Source: Acidobacteriota bacterium (GTDB lineage Bacteria > Acidobacteriota > Vicinamibacteria > Fen-336). Taken from it: DNA of 64,000 nt. Position numbers and translations under genes: made by a program. The notes below the pieces were generated by a model. That model did no database searches and was not told where the DNA came from. It was given only the letters and a program-made list of their open reading frames with translations. The stretch spans positions 7,967-71,966 of the forward strand of contig JAJDNS010000132.1 in the NCBI GenBank assembly GCA_022340585.1. Direction: 5' to 3'. Positions 48,686-58,485 of the stretch are shown piece after piece (positions within the stretch are counted from its first letter, which is position 1; the number at the start of each line of letters is the position of its first letter).

Positions 48686-49411
48686 ATGTCCATGACACGA
48701 CACATCGGGCCCACGCGGGCCACCCTCATACCTCTGTTTGTTCGCGCCGCCGCCGTTGGGATGGCGGTGCTCGGCGTCCTTTGCCTCCTCCCCGGGGCTG
48801 TCTCCGCCCAGGAGAAGATGGAGCCGATCCCCTTCGAGCTGCCCAAGCCCATGTTCGAGGGCACGCCCCAGAACCTCTCCGTCCCCAACCTCCAGAAGCC
48901 CCTGGGCCGCCCCCGGGACCCGTTTCTCGCTCCCGCCGGCGTCACCAACGTCGCCCTCGGGAAGGTCGTGACCAGCAGCGACATGGAGCCGATCATCGGC
49001 GATCTCGAGCAGGCCACCGACGGCGACAAGAAGGGCGCTGAGGGCAGCTTCGTCGAGCTGGGTCCCGGCGTGCAGTACCTCACCGTGGATCTGGGAGCGC
49101 CCCACGACATCTACGCCATCCTCTTCTGGCACTTCCACAAGACCGCGCGCGTCTACCTCGACGTGATCGTCCAGGTGGCGGACGACGCCGACTTCACGAA
49201 GAATGTGCGCACCCTCTTCAACAACGACAACGACAACAGCGCCGGACTGGGCGCGGGCAAGGACATGAACTACGTGGAGACGGCCGAAGGTAAGCTGGTC
49301 GACGCCAAGGGCTCGCGGGCCCGCTTCGTCCGGCTGTACAGCAACGGCAACAACGCCAACGACCTCAACCACTACGTGGAGGTCGAGGTCTTCGGCCGCC
49401 CGGCGAAGTAG
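48686..49411 (+). CDS. Exported discoidin/F5-8 type C-like protein
   Basis: Signal peptide; NVALGKVVTSS, ATDGD, VDLG, ARFVRLY, VEVEVFG. Confidence 0.7.
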   Translation: MSMTRHIGPTRATLIPLFVRAAAVGMAVLGVLCLLPGAVSAQEKMEPIPFELPKPMFEGTPQNLSVPNLQKPLGRPRDPFLAPAGVTNVALGKVVTSSDMEPIIGDLEQATDGDKKGAEGSFVELGPGVQYLTVDLGAPHDIYAILFWHFHKTARVYLDVIVQVADDADFTKNVRTLFNNDNDNSAGLGAGKDMNYVETAEGKLVDAKGSRARFVRLYSNGNNANDLNHYVEVEVFGRPAK

Positions 49412-49420
49412 GAGAGCAGC

Positions 49421-50857
49421 ATGGCCAGCGAAGACGACAAGGACCAGGGCGGCGGTCCGGAGGCGGCTCCCGGCCGGAAGATCGATCGCCGGGACGTCCT
49501 CCTCGGCCTGTCCACGGTCCCGGCGCTGGGCCTCTTCGGCGCGGCCTGGCAGAAGCAGCAGCAGTACGACGAGGCCGTGAAGGAGGCTGCCGAGGAGGAG
49601 AAACCCCCGCCGCCGGCTGATCTCCAGGAGATCAACGTGGCCCTCCTCGGCGCGGGAGCCCAGGGGCAGGTGCTCCTCGACTCCATGCTCCGGATCCCCG
49701 GGCTGCGGTTCCGGGCGGTGTGCGACATCTGGGAGGAGTACAACCAGAAGCGGGTCGTGCGGATCCTCAAGAAGTACAAGCACGAGGTCACCGGCTACGT
49801 CGACTACCGCGAGATGCTCGACAAGGAGAAGGGCCTCGACGCGGTGGTCATCGCCACCCCCGACTTCTGGCACGCCCCCCACACCATCGACTGCCTCGAG
49901 GCGGGCAAGCACGTGTACTGCGAGAAGGAGATGTCGAACACCCTGGAGGGTGCTCGCAACATGGTGGAGGCGGCCCGGAGGACCGGAAAGCTGCTCCAGA
50001 TCGGGCACCAGCGACGCAGCCACCCGCGCTACCTCCACACCTACGAGAACCTCCTGCGGGAGGCGCGGATCCTGGGCCAGATCGTCACCGTCAACGCCCA
50101 GTGGAACCGTTCCCCGGCCCCGGACCTGGGCTGGCCGGAGCGGTACACCATCCCGGACGACCTGCTCAAGCAGTACGGCTTCGACTCCATGGCCCAGTTC
50201 CGCAACTGGCGCTGGTACAAGGGCCTCGGGGGAGGGCCGATCGTCGACCTGGGCTCCCACCAGATCGACATCTTCGGCTGGTTCCTCGGAGCCAACCCGT
50301 CGCACGTGATGGCGAGCGGGGGTCTGGACTACCACGACCCGGCGACCCACGAGTGGTACGACACCGTGATGGCCATCTACGAGTTCGACACCCCGGTGGG
50401 CCGGGCCCGGGCGTACTACCAGACCCAGACCTCGAACGGCAGCCAGGGCTACTTCGAGAACTTCATGGGCGACCAGGGCACCCTGGTCATCTCCGAGTCG
50501 GAGGCGGCGAACTCGGGGTTTGTCTACCGCGACCCCAACGCCCCGGCCTGGGACGAGTGGGTGCAGCGGGGCTGGATCTCGGCGCCCAAGCTCCAGGAGG
50601 TCAAGCCCAAGGACGAGGAGGCCGTCCTGGACGTTCGCGAGTCGGTGTCGCCCGACGAGCACCGCATCCCCGTCGTCCTGCGCGATCCGTACCACCAGCC
50701 GCACCTGGAGAACTTCTTCAACACCATTCGGGGTGACGCGACGCTGAACTGCCCGGCCGAGGTGGGATACGAGACCGCGGTCGCCGTGCTCAAGGTGAAC
50801 GAGGCCATCGAGGCGAAGGAACGGCTCACGTTCGAGCCCGACGCCTTCGAGATCTGA
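49421..50857 (+). CDS. Gfo/Idh/MocA oxidoreductase with an RR-type N-terminal segment
   Basis: DRRDVL; LGAGAQG, ATPDFWH, HVYCEK, GHQRRS, DLGSHQID. Confidence 0.9.
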   Translation: MASEDDKDQGGGPEAAPGRKIDRRDVLLGLSTVPALGLFGAAWQKQQQYDEAVKEAAEEEKPPPPADLQEINVALLGAGAQGQVLLDSMLRIPGLRFRAVCDIWEEYNQKRVVRILKKYKHEVTGYVDYREMLDKEKGLDAVVIATPDFWHAPHTIDCLEAGKHVYCEKEMSNTLEGARNMVEAARRTGKLLQIGHQRRSHPRYLHTYENLLREARILGQIVTVNAQWNRSPAPDLGWPERYTIPDDLLKQYGFDSMAQFRNWRWYKGLGGGPIVDLGSHQIDIFGWFLGANPSHVMASGGLDYHDPATHEWYDTVMAIYEFDTPVGRARAYYQTQTSNGSQGYFENFMGDQGTLVISESEAANSGFVYRDPNAPAWDEWVQRGWISAPKLQEVKPKDEEAVLDVRESVSPDEHRIPVVLRDPYHQPHLENFFNTIRGDATLNCPAEVGYETAVAVLKVNEAIEAKERLTFEPDAFEI

Positions 50858-50873
50858 GGCCGCAGGGGTAGAC

Positions 50874-51377
50874 ATGAACAAAGGGACGCTCACCAGTGTG
50901 CAGATGGCCACCATCGTCGCCCTGAGGGTGCTGATCGGCTGGCATTTCCTCTACGAAGGCCTGTCCAAGCTGACCGCGGACAGCTGGTCGGCCAAGGGGT
51001 TCCTGCTGCAGTCCCGCGGCATGTTCGCGGAGGCCTTCCGGTGGCTGGCCGCTGACCCGGAGCGACTGAATCTCGTGAACCAGCTCAACATGTGGGGGCT
51101 CACCCTCATCGGTCTCGGGCTCATCCTCGGCTGCTTCACCCGCCTCGCCAGCGCTGCCGGCATGCTGGTCATTCTGCTGTTCTACCTGTGCAACCCTCCC
51201 TTCATCGGGTACTTCTACTCGATCCCCATGGAGGGGAGCTATCTCATCGTCAACAAGAACCTCGTGGAGCTGGCCGCGCTGGCCGTCGTCTTCGTGACCG
51301 GCAGCGGCCAGGTGGTGGGCCTCGATCGGATCATCCACGGCCTCCTCGGGAAACGCGCCCGGACTGTCGAGGCGTGA
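50874..51377 (+). CDS. DoxX family membrane protein
   Basis: LRVLIGWHFLYEGLSK, LILGCFTR, IVNKNLVE, GLD. Confidence 0.85.
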   Translation: MNKGTLTSVQMATIVALRVLIGWHFLYEGLSKLTADSWSAKGFLLQSRGMFAEAFRWLAADPERLNLVNQLNMWGLTLIGLGLILGCFTRLASAAGMLVILLFYLCNPPFIGYFYSIPMEGSYLIVNKNLVELAALAVVFVTGSGQVVGLDRIIHGLLGKRARTVEA

Positions 51378-51417
51378 CCGCCCACGAGAGCGCCGTCCTG
51401 AAGCAAAGGGGAAACCA

Positions 51418-52731
51418 ATGAAAGACGAAACCACGACCGAGAAGAACGGCATCACCCGCCGGGAGGTCATCAAGGCGGCTTCTCTGGCCTCGCTCGCGGC
51501 CGCGATGCCGGGCGGAGTCTTCGCCGCCGGCGCCTCCGAGCGCATCAAGGTGGGTCTCATCGGCTGCGGCGGTCGTGGCACCGGGGCGGCCCAGGACGCC
51601 ATCAACGCCTCCCCCGACATCGTCATCGCCGCCATGGGCGACGTCTTCCCCGACCAGCTGGAGTGGTCCAAGGGACAGCTGAAGGAGAAGGTCCCGGCCG
51701 AGCGGCTCGTGGTCACCCCCGAGACCAGCTTCACCGGCTTCGACGCCTACGAGAAGGTCCTGGCCACCGACGTCGACGTCGTCATCCTCGCCACCCCACC
51801 CTTCTTCCGCCCGATGCAGCTGAAGGCGGCGATCGAGGCCGGCAAGCACGTGTTCACCGAGAAGCCGGTGGCGGTGGACCCGGCGGGCGTGCGCTCCGTC
51901 ATCGCCACCTCGGAGCTCGCCACGAAGAAGGGGCTGAACATCGTCGCCGGCACCCAGCGTCGTCACCAGGCCCACTACCTCGAGATCATGAAGCGGGTGC
52001 ACGGCGGTGACATCGGCGAGCTCGTAGGCGGCCAGTGCTACTGGAACATGGGGGCGCTCTGGGTCGAGCGGGCGGCCATGAACTGGGCCAACCGCACCGC
52101 CAAGAAGTGGTCCGACATGGAGTGGCAGCTCCGCAACTGGCTGTTCACGTGCTGGGCCGGAGGCGACCACATCGTCGAGCAGCACGTCCACAACCTCGAC
52201 GTGATCAACTGGGCCTTCGACACCCACCCGGTCCAGGCCACCGGCATGGGCGGTCGCGCGGCACGGACCGAGCCCCAGTACGGAAACATCTTCGACCACT
52301 TCGCCATCGACTACGAGTACCCGAACGGGGTGCGGGTCATGAGCATGTGTCGCCAGACGGCGGGGGCGGCGGAGAACGTCTCCGAGCGCGTGGTGGGGAC
52401 GAAGGGCTTCACCTACACCGACAGCGCCGACGGCTACATCAAGGGAGCGAATGCCTGGGAGAACCCCGAGGCCTCCCCCAACCCCTACGTCCAGGAGCAC
52501 GCCGACCTCGTCGCCAGCATCAAGGCGGGGACACCCCTGAACGAGGGTCGGCAGGTGGCGGAAAGCTGCCTGACCGCGATCATGGGCCGGATGAGCGCCT
52601 ACACCGGCCGCGCGCTGAGCTGGGACTGGGTGATGAACGCCTCGGAGCTCGACCTCACTCCGCCCCACCTGGAGTTTGGCGACCTGCCGCCCCTCGAGGT
52701 TCCGATCCCCGGGAAGACCCCCCTCGTCTGA
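51418..52731 (+). CDS. Tat-exported Gfo/Idh/MocA oxidoreductase
   Basis: TRREVIK; IGCGGRGTGA, ATPPFFR, HVFTEKP, EQHVHNLD. Confidence 0.9.
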   Translation: MKDETTTEKNGITRREVIKAASLASLAAAMPGGVFAAGASERIKVGLIGCGGRGTGAAQDAINASPDIVIAAMGDVFPDQLEWSKGQLKEKVPAERLVVTPETSFTGFDAYEKVLATDVDVVILATPPFFRPMQLKAAIEAGKHVFTEKPVAVDPAGVRSVIATSELATKKGLNIVAGTQRRHQAHYLEIMKRVHGGDIGELVGGQCYWNMGALWVERAAMNWANRTAKKWSDMEWQLRNWLFTCWAGGDHIVEQHVHNLDVINWAFDTHPVQATGMGGRAARTEPQYGNIFDHFAIDYEYPNGVRVMSMCRQTAGAAENVSERVVGTKGFTYTDSADGYIKGANAWENPEASPNPYVQEHADLVASIKAGTPLNEGRQVAESCLTAIMGRMSAYTGRALSWDWVMNASELDLTPPHLEFGDLPPLEVPIPGKTPLV

Positions 52732-52850
52732 GACGGAGGGGCTCGACGCAACCGAGGTCACCCTCGTCCGTCTCCCGTGCCCGGCTCTGACCGGAGCGCG
52801 GGGGACGTGACGACCAGGCTGGAACGGAAGCTCGTTTCAGAAGGAATGCC

Positions 52851-54278
52851 ATGAGCCGAGAACAGACTGCCGACCCGAGTCGTCGCCACTTCATGACCAC
52901 CGCGGCTTCCGCCGTCGCCGCCACCACGATCCTCCCCCGCCACGTCCTCGGGGGCCCGGGGTTCGTGGCCCCGAGCGACAAGGTGAACGTCGCGGTCATC
53001 GGCGTGGGAGGCCAGGGGCGCACCAACTGCCGCGCCCTCTTCCAGCAGGACGACTGCCAGATCATCGCCATCGCCGACGTCTGCGAGGAGTGGGACCTCA
53101 GTCCCTACTACTACGGAGGACTGGGGGGCCGGGGCCCGGTCAAGGCGGAGATCGAGAAGAACTACGCGGCGAAGACCCCCAACTACGAGTGCGCCGCGTA
53201 CGAGGACTTCCGGGTCATGCTGGAGAAGGAGAAGGCGGTGGACGCCGTTCTCATCGCCACCCCGGACCACCTTCACGCCTACGTCTCGATCCTGGCCATG
53301 AAGGCCGGCAAGCACGTCTACTGCGAGAAGCCCCTGACCCGCAGCATCGCGGAGGGCCGGCTCGTGGCCCAGGTCGCCCGGGAAACCGGCGTGGCCACCC
53401 AGCTCGGCAACCACGGACGCTCGGGCGAAGGGCATCGCCAGACCGCCGAGTGGCTCTGGGACGGCGCCATCGGCGACGTGCGGGAGGTGCACGCCTGGGC
53501 CAGCGCGGGTGGCTTCGCGACGGGGAGCGGGCGTCCGGAGGGCACTCCGGACGTGCTCCCGGGCCTCAACTGGGACCTCTGGCTGGGACCTGCCGAGTGG
53601 CGCCCCTACCATCCCGCCTACGCGCCCTTCAACTGGCGTGGCTGGTGGGCCTTCGGCGGGGGGGGGCTGCCCGATGTGGCCGTCCACCACCTGGACCCCG
53701 CCTTCTACGCCCTCGCCCTGGAGACCCCGGAGACCATCGAGGCCACGGCCCCCCTGCTCGACCCGGAGGAGGTCGCGGCGACCGGGGTCCTGGCAACCTG
53801 GCGATTCGGCCGGCGCTTCAACATGGAGCCGGTGGACGTCTTCTGGTACGACGGCGGCCTGCGTCCGCCCACGCCCCGCGGCGTCGACCCGGACGACCCC
53901 CGGCAGCGCATGGGCCAGGTCCGAGAGGGGATCACCTTCATCGGGGACAAGGGGATCATGACCTGCGGCGGATGGTCGGGCATGCCGCGCCTGCTGCCCC
54001 GCGAGCTGCACCAGGAGTACGAGCGTCCCGAGAAGGTGCTCCCCCGCGTCGAAGGACACCACGCCGACTGGCTCCAGGCGTGCAAGGGGGGGACCCCGGC
54101 CTGCAGCAACTTCGAGTACGGCTCGCGGCTGTGTGAGTTCGTGCTGCTGGGGGTGGCGGCGGTTCGAGCCCAGAAGCAGTTGAAGTGGGACGCCGAGAAC
54201 ATGAAGGCCACCAACGCGCCGGAGGCGGACCGGTTCATCGAGGCGCCGTACCGAAAGGGCTGGGAGCTCCCGGTCTGA
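52851..54278 (+). CDS. Tat-exported Gfo/Idh/MocA oxidoreductase
   Basis: SRRHFM; IGVGGQG, ATPDHLH, HVYCEKP, WDLWLGPA, NWRGWW. Confidence 0.9.
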   Translation: MSREQTADPSRRHFMTTAASAVAATTILPRHVLGGPGFVAPSDKVNVAVIGVGGQGRTNCRALFQQDDCQIIAIADVCEEWDLSPYYYGGLGGRGPVKAEIEKNYAAKTPNYECAAYEDFRVMLEKEKAVDAVLIATPDHLHAYVSILAMKAGKHVYCEKPLTRSIAEGRLVAQVARETGVATQLGNHGRSGEGHRQTAEWLWDGAIGDVREVHAWASAGGFATGSGRPEGTPDVLPGLNWDLWLGPAEWRPYHPAYAPFNWRGWWAFGGGGLPDVAVHHLDPAFYALALETPETIEATAPLLDPEEVAATGVLATWRFGRRFNMEPVDVFWYDGGLRPPTPRGVDPDDPRQRMGQVREGITFIGDKGIMTCGGWSGMPRLLPRELHQEYERPEKVLPRVEGHHADWLQACKGGTPACSNFEYGSRLCEFVLLGVAAVRAQKQLKWDAENMKATNAPEADRFIEAPYRKGWELPV

Positions 54279-54303
54279 GATCAGCTCCGAGAGTCGTGGC
54301 CGT

Positions 54304-56040
54304 CTACCGGCGATAGGCCGGGCAGGCGGCCACGCGCCTCTCGATCTCACCCACCACGCGCTGGTAGCCTGGTCCGCCGACACCGCCGTACGCCGACTGC
54401 AGCTCGGCATCGGTCAGGCCCTCGGGGAGATCGGCCGCCTCCGGAAAGAAGTCCTCACGCGCGAACCCCATGGCGAGCCTCTGCTGCATCGCCACCGCCG
54501 AGCGTTCGTCGCGGGTGGCGGCCACGGCAAAGCTCGTCCCCGCGCGGTCGGCGAGGAGGTCGGCAAAGGAGAACCCGCTGCCCCGCGCGGCGTCGAGCTC
54601 CTCCTTGAAGAGCCCCGCGGCATCGCTCGGGGTCTCCGCCGAGAGCACGGTGAGGGCTGCGCTCACGAGAAAGTGACGGGTCCAATCACGGCGTCCCCGT
54701 AGCGTCGGCCTTCCCAGGGCGGCCACGCGAGCCCGGTCCTCGTCCTCGAGCACCTCGCCGACGAAGCGCTCGAGCCCCCGGTGGCCGAGGAGGATGCCCA
54801 GCGCCAGGATGGCGGCCCGATTCTCCTGCACCGCAAGGCCGCTTCCCGAGCGCTCGCGAGCTGACTCGAAGGCGATCTCGAGGACCGCCCCGAAGCGTTC
54901 TTCACCGCCGGGCAGATGGGGCCCGGCTTCGAGAAGACGCCGGGCGTGCACCCCCACCGCCTCGCGCATCTCCATCTCCGCTCCGTCGCCCCAGACCAGA
55001 CGTGCGAAGAAGCCAGGGGGGGCCTCGAGGCGCCGGTAGGTGACGCGGGCGCGGTCCTGCTCGATCTCCACCCGGTCGGTCGCGGCGAGGACGGGTCGCA
55101 GGCGACGCTCCTTCTGTAGGGCCAGCTCGAGCAGGGGAAGGGCAGCTCCCAGGACGGGCGCGGGCACGCCCACGCCGCCGAGGCCCAGCCGGGCTCCGGC
55201 CAGATCAAGTCGGCCTTTCTCGATCCGCACCCGAGCTGAGCCGTCGACGTTGAGCCAGCGACCGGTGCCGGGAACGCGAACCGACGCGACCGCTCCGGCC
55301 TCGTCCGGGGCCTCGAGGCTGACCGCCACCCGGACCCGGTCCGGACCGAAGACCAGGGGGAGCCCCCACGCCAGCACGAAGTCGATCTCGTCGCGGGACA
55401 GGACCAGCTTCTGCTGCTCGCCCCGGGGAACCTTCCGCGGATCCTTGCCGCGCAGGGCGGCGTGAACCCTCCGCTTGCCGGCTGAGTCCACCCGCGGCGG
55501 CTCCGGCGCCGCCGGCTCCGCCTCCAGGGTGAACGCGACCAGCGCTCCCCCGAGCGCCAGGAGCAGCGCGGCCGCCAACGCGATCTTCGGCACGAAGAGC
55601 CAGCGCGCCCGGGGTCCCCGTCGCCAGGCGAGCCCGGCCCCGGCGCCGAGGACCACCCCCAGACCCGGCAGGACGAGATCCGACGGGCCGGGAGACATGC
55701 CCTCCCGAGCTCGGCCCCCCAGGTCGAGGGCGAGAGCGGCGAGAGCCAGGGCGAGGACGAGGGCGGGCAAGAACACGAGAAGAGCGCGAGCGAAGCGGCG
55801 GGGCCGGTCGGGGAACACGTAGACGGCCAGCACGCCCAGGGGAAGAAAGCGGAGCACCTCGAGGAAGCCCGCCGACGCCATGCTCACCCCCGCCGACCAG
55901 ACCGCCGCTCGAGACCGAAGGTCGAAGAGTCCGGACCCGATGCTTCCGGCTCGACTCGGAGGATCGAGAACGCCCGCCGCGAGGAGCGCGGTCCACGATG
56001 CCAGCAGGATCACGGCCAGGATCCGCCCCCGAGACGACAC
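54304..56040 (-). CDS. Hypothetical membrane protein (N-terminal TMs, conserved-looking C-terminal HF..KE..D..SFADLLAD motif)
   Basis: Hydrophobic N-terminal helices; RRDWTRHFLVSAAL...FKEELDA...GFSFADLLADRAG; start uncertain. Confidence 0.65.
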   Translation of the reverse strand: MSSRGRILAVILLASWTALLAAGVLDPPSRAGSIGSGLFDLRSRAAVWSAGVSMASAGFLEVLRFLPLGVLAVYVFPDRPRRFARALLVFLPALVLALALAALALDLGGRAREGMSPGPSDLVLPGLGVVLGAGAGLAWRRGPRARWLFVPKIALAAALLLALGGALVAFTLEAEPAAPEPPRVDSAGKRRVHAALRGKDPRKVPRGEQQKLVLSRDEIDFVLAWGLPLVFGPDRVRVAVSLEAPDEAGAVASVRVPGTGRWLNVDGSARVRIEKGRLDLAGARLGLGGVGVPAPVLGAALPLLELALQKERRLRPVLAATDRVEIEQDRARVTYRRLEAPPGFFARLVWGDGAEMEMREAVGVHARRLLEAGPHLPGGEERFGAVLEIAFESARERSGSGLAVQENRAAILALGILLGHRGLERFVGEVLEDEDRARVAALGRPTLRGRRDWTRHFLVSAALTVLSAETPSDAAGLFKEELDAARGSGFSFADLLADRAGTSFAVAATRDERSAVAMQQRLAMGFAREDFFPEAADLPEGLTDAELQSAYGGVGGPGYQRVVGEIERRVAACPAYRR

Positions 56041-56186
56041 GGCAGCGCCCGGGCTTCCCGGAGGGCGGCCACGCCGCGGACGCGGCGCGGACGATCTTCT
56101 TGCTGGCATGGTGGTCGGCGGACGGTACACGTGACGTGGGCCGCCCGTCAAGGCGCCCGGAATGGAAACGCCCCCGGGGGGGCGCC

Positions 56187-56864
56187 TCAGCCGATGGGGA
56201 CGAGCTCCACCTTGCGGAAGTGAATCTCACCGCCTTCCGACTGGAGTCCGATGGGACCGGGGAGGACGTCGGCGCCCGTGGCCTCGTTGACCTTCTTTCC
56301 GTTGACCTGGACGACGAGGTCGGGCCCGTCGAGACGGATCTCGTATCGGTTCCACTCCCCGGGTGGGTTCTCGTTGCCCTCGGTCTTGGCGAATCCGACC
56401 ATGTCCCCCAGCATCTCGTGGCCCTTCGCCTCTCTCTTGCGCGACTCGTCGCCGCTCAGGCTCATTCCCCAGAACCCGTAGACGTCCCCGGCGTCGCCGC
56501 TCTTGAGCTGGGCCTCGTAGCAGCGGGGGACCGCCCGGGGCTCGCCGTTGATCCGCAGCAGGACCCCGCTGTTCCCGGGCTCGGTGCCGGGCGCCCAGCG
56601 CCACTCCACCACCAGGGCGAAGCTGGTGTACTCGGCGGTGGTGTGGAGGTAGCCGAGCGGCTTGCCCTTGCAGACGAGGATGCCGTCCTCGACGCTCCAG
56701 ACGTCCCCCATTCCGACACCGGGCTCCACGAGATAGTGGCTCCAGCCGCTCAGGTCCTTTCCGTTGAACAACGGAACGGACCTGGCGGCATCGGCGGCCG
56801 GCACCTGCTCGGGCAGGGCGGCGAGAATCAGCGTCAGGATCACGGGCCAGACCAACGAGCGCAT
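56187..56864 (-). CDS. Exported DUF1080 (3-keto-disaccharide hydrolase-like) protein
   Basis: Signal peptide; LFNGKDLSGW, GNSGV, GEWNRYEI, GPIGLQSEG. Confidence 0.88.
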   Translation of the reverse strand: MRSLVWPVILTLILAALPEQVPAADAARSVPLFNGKDLSGWSHYLVEPGVGMGDVWSVEDGILVCKGKPLGYLHTTAEYTSFALVVEWRWAPGTEPGNSGVLLRINGEPRAVPRCYEAQLKSGDAGDVYGFWGMSLSGDESRKREAKGHEMLGDMVGFAKTEGNENPPGEWNRYEIRLDGPDLVVQVNGKKVNEATGADVLPGPIGLQSEGGEIHFRKVELVPIG

Positions 56865-57071
56865 GGATGACTCCCCTTTCCCGGGACGACACCGGAGCGA
56901 TCCGGGGTCGCGGGATTCTCGTCCGACGGCCCCGGGACGTCAAACGCCGGGGGGCACCGGGCCAGAAGGTCTCCACTCCATGGAGACCCTCTCTGGGAGT
57001 TGACCGGGGTTGCCGGAGGCAATAGTCTCCGCCGGCAGATGGAACCCCTCCAACGCGGGAGCGAGCGGGAA

Positions 57072-58484
57072 ATGACCACAGAGACCACGACGGGGCAGAT
57101 GCCTTTTCGGGAGAAGTTCGCCTACGGGTTCGGGGATCTGGCCTCGGTGCTGTACTGGCAGACGTTCATGGCCTACATCCTCTTCTTCTACACCGACGTC
57201 TTCGGGATCACTGCTGCCGCCGCCGGCTTCATGCTTCTGGTGACCCGCCTCTGGGACGGCGTCAACGATCCCATGATGGGAGTCATCGCCGACCGCACCG
57301 AGACCCGCTGGGGACGCTTCCGTCCCTATCTCCTGTGGCTCTGCGTGCCATTCGCGGTCATGGGGGTGCTGACGTTCACCTCCCCGGACCTCTCCGGCGC
57401 CGGGAAGCTGGTGTGGGCCTACGTCACCTTCACCCTGCTGATGATGCTCTACACCGCCATCAACATCCCCTACTCGGCCCTGCTCGGTGTGGTCACCGCG
57501 GACCCGGTGGAGCGCGCCCAGGTCTCGTCGATCAAGTTCATCTTCGCCTACACGGCGGGCATGATCGTGTCGTTCACCCTCCTTCCCATGGCCGCGCGCC
57601 TCGGCGGCGGGAACGACCAACGCGGCTGGCAGCTCAGCTTCGTCGTCTACGGCGTCGCCGCGGTGGCCTTCTTCCTGATCGCCTTCACCTTCGTCCGGGA
57701 GCGGATCAGGCCGGTCGCGAAGGAGCGGACCCCGATTCGCCAGGACCTCGAAGATCTTGTCCGGAATCGGCCCTGGGTGATGCTGCTCCTCACGACCATC
57801 ACCATGATCCTGTTCATCGCGAGCCGGCTCACGGTGACCGCCCACTACTTCAAGTACTACGTGGGCGAGCAGGAGATCAGCCTCTTCGGCCACAGCGGCT
57901 CCTACGGGTTCGAGTACCTCGCCTCGGCGTTCAACGGGATCGGCCAGATCTTCTCCCTGATCGGGGTCGTCTTCGTCGGCTGGTTCGTGAAGACCCTGGG
58001 CCAGCGCCGCGCCTTCCTCACCCTCTACCTGGTGGGGATCGTCGCCTGCGCCGCGATGTACGTGTGCCGCCCCGATCAGCTGCCCCTCATCTTCGGCCTG
58101 CACCTGGTGTTCTCGTTCACCACCGGCCCCCTGAGCCCCCTGCTCTGGGCCATGTACGCCGACGCCGCCGACTACGGCGAGTGGAAGTACGGGCGGCGGG
58201 CCACCGGTCTCATCTTCTCCGCTTCGACCATGTCGCAGAAATTCGGCTGGGCCATCGGCAGCGCCTTCGCCGGCTGGCTCCTGTTCGCGGTCGGCTTCCA
58301 GGCCAACACTGACCCCACCCCCGCGGTCCAGCACGGGTTGCGCCTCCTCGTGAGTGTGATTCCCGCGGTGCTCGGCGGGATCTCGATCCTCGTGATGCTC
58401 GGCTATCCCCTCAAGGAGGACCTGGTGAAGAGGATCGGGGAGGAGCTTGCGGCGCGGAGGATGGAAGCCGGCGAGGCATCGTGA
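57072..58484 (+). CDS. GPH-family MFS sugar symporter
   Basis: EKFAYGFGD, DPMMGVIADRTETRWGRFRPY, NIPYSAL, DYGEWK. Confidence 0.92.
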   Translation: MTTETTTGQMPFREKFAYGFGDLASVLYWQTFMAYILFFYTDVFGITAAAAGFMLLVTRLWDGVNDPMMGVIADRTETRWGRFRPYLLWLCVPFAVMGVLTFTSPDLSGAGKLVWAYVTFTLLMMLYTAINIPYSALLGVVTADPVERAQVSSIKFIFAYTAGMIVSFTLLPMAARLGGGNDQRGWQLSFVVYGVAAVAFFLIAFTFVRERIRPVAKERTPIRQDLEDLVRNRPWVMLLLTTITMILFIASRLTVTAHYFKYYVGEQEISLFGHSGSYGFEYLASAFNGIGQIFSLIGVVFVGWFVKTLGQRRAFLTLYLVGIVACAAMYVCRPDQLPLIFGLHLVFSFTTGPLSPLLWAMYADAADYGEWKYGRRATGLIFSASTMSQKFGWAIGSAFAGWLLFAVGFQANTDPTPAVQHGLRLLVSVIPAVLGGISILVMLGYPLKEDLVKRIGEELAARRMEAGEAS

Positions 58485-58485
58485 C

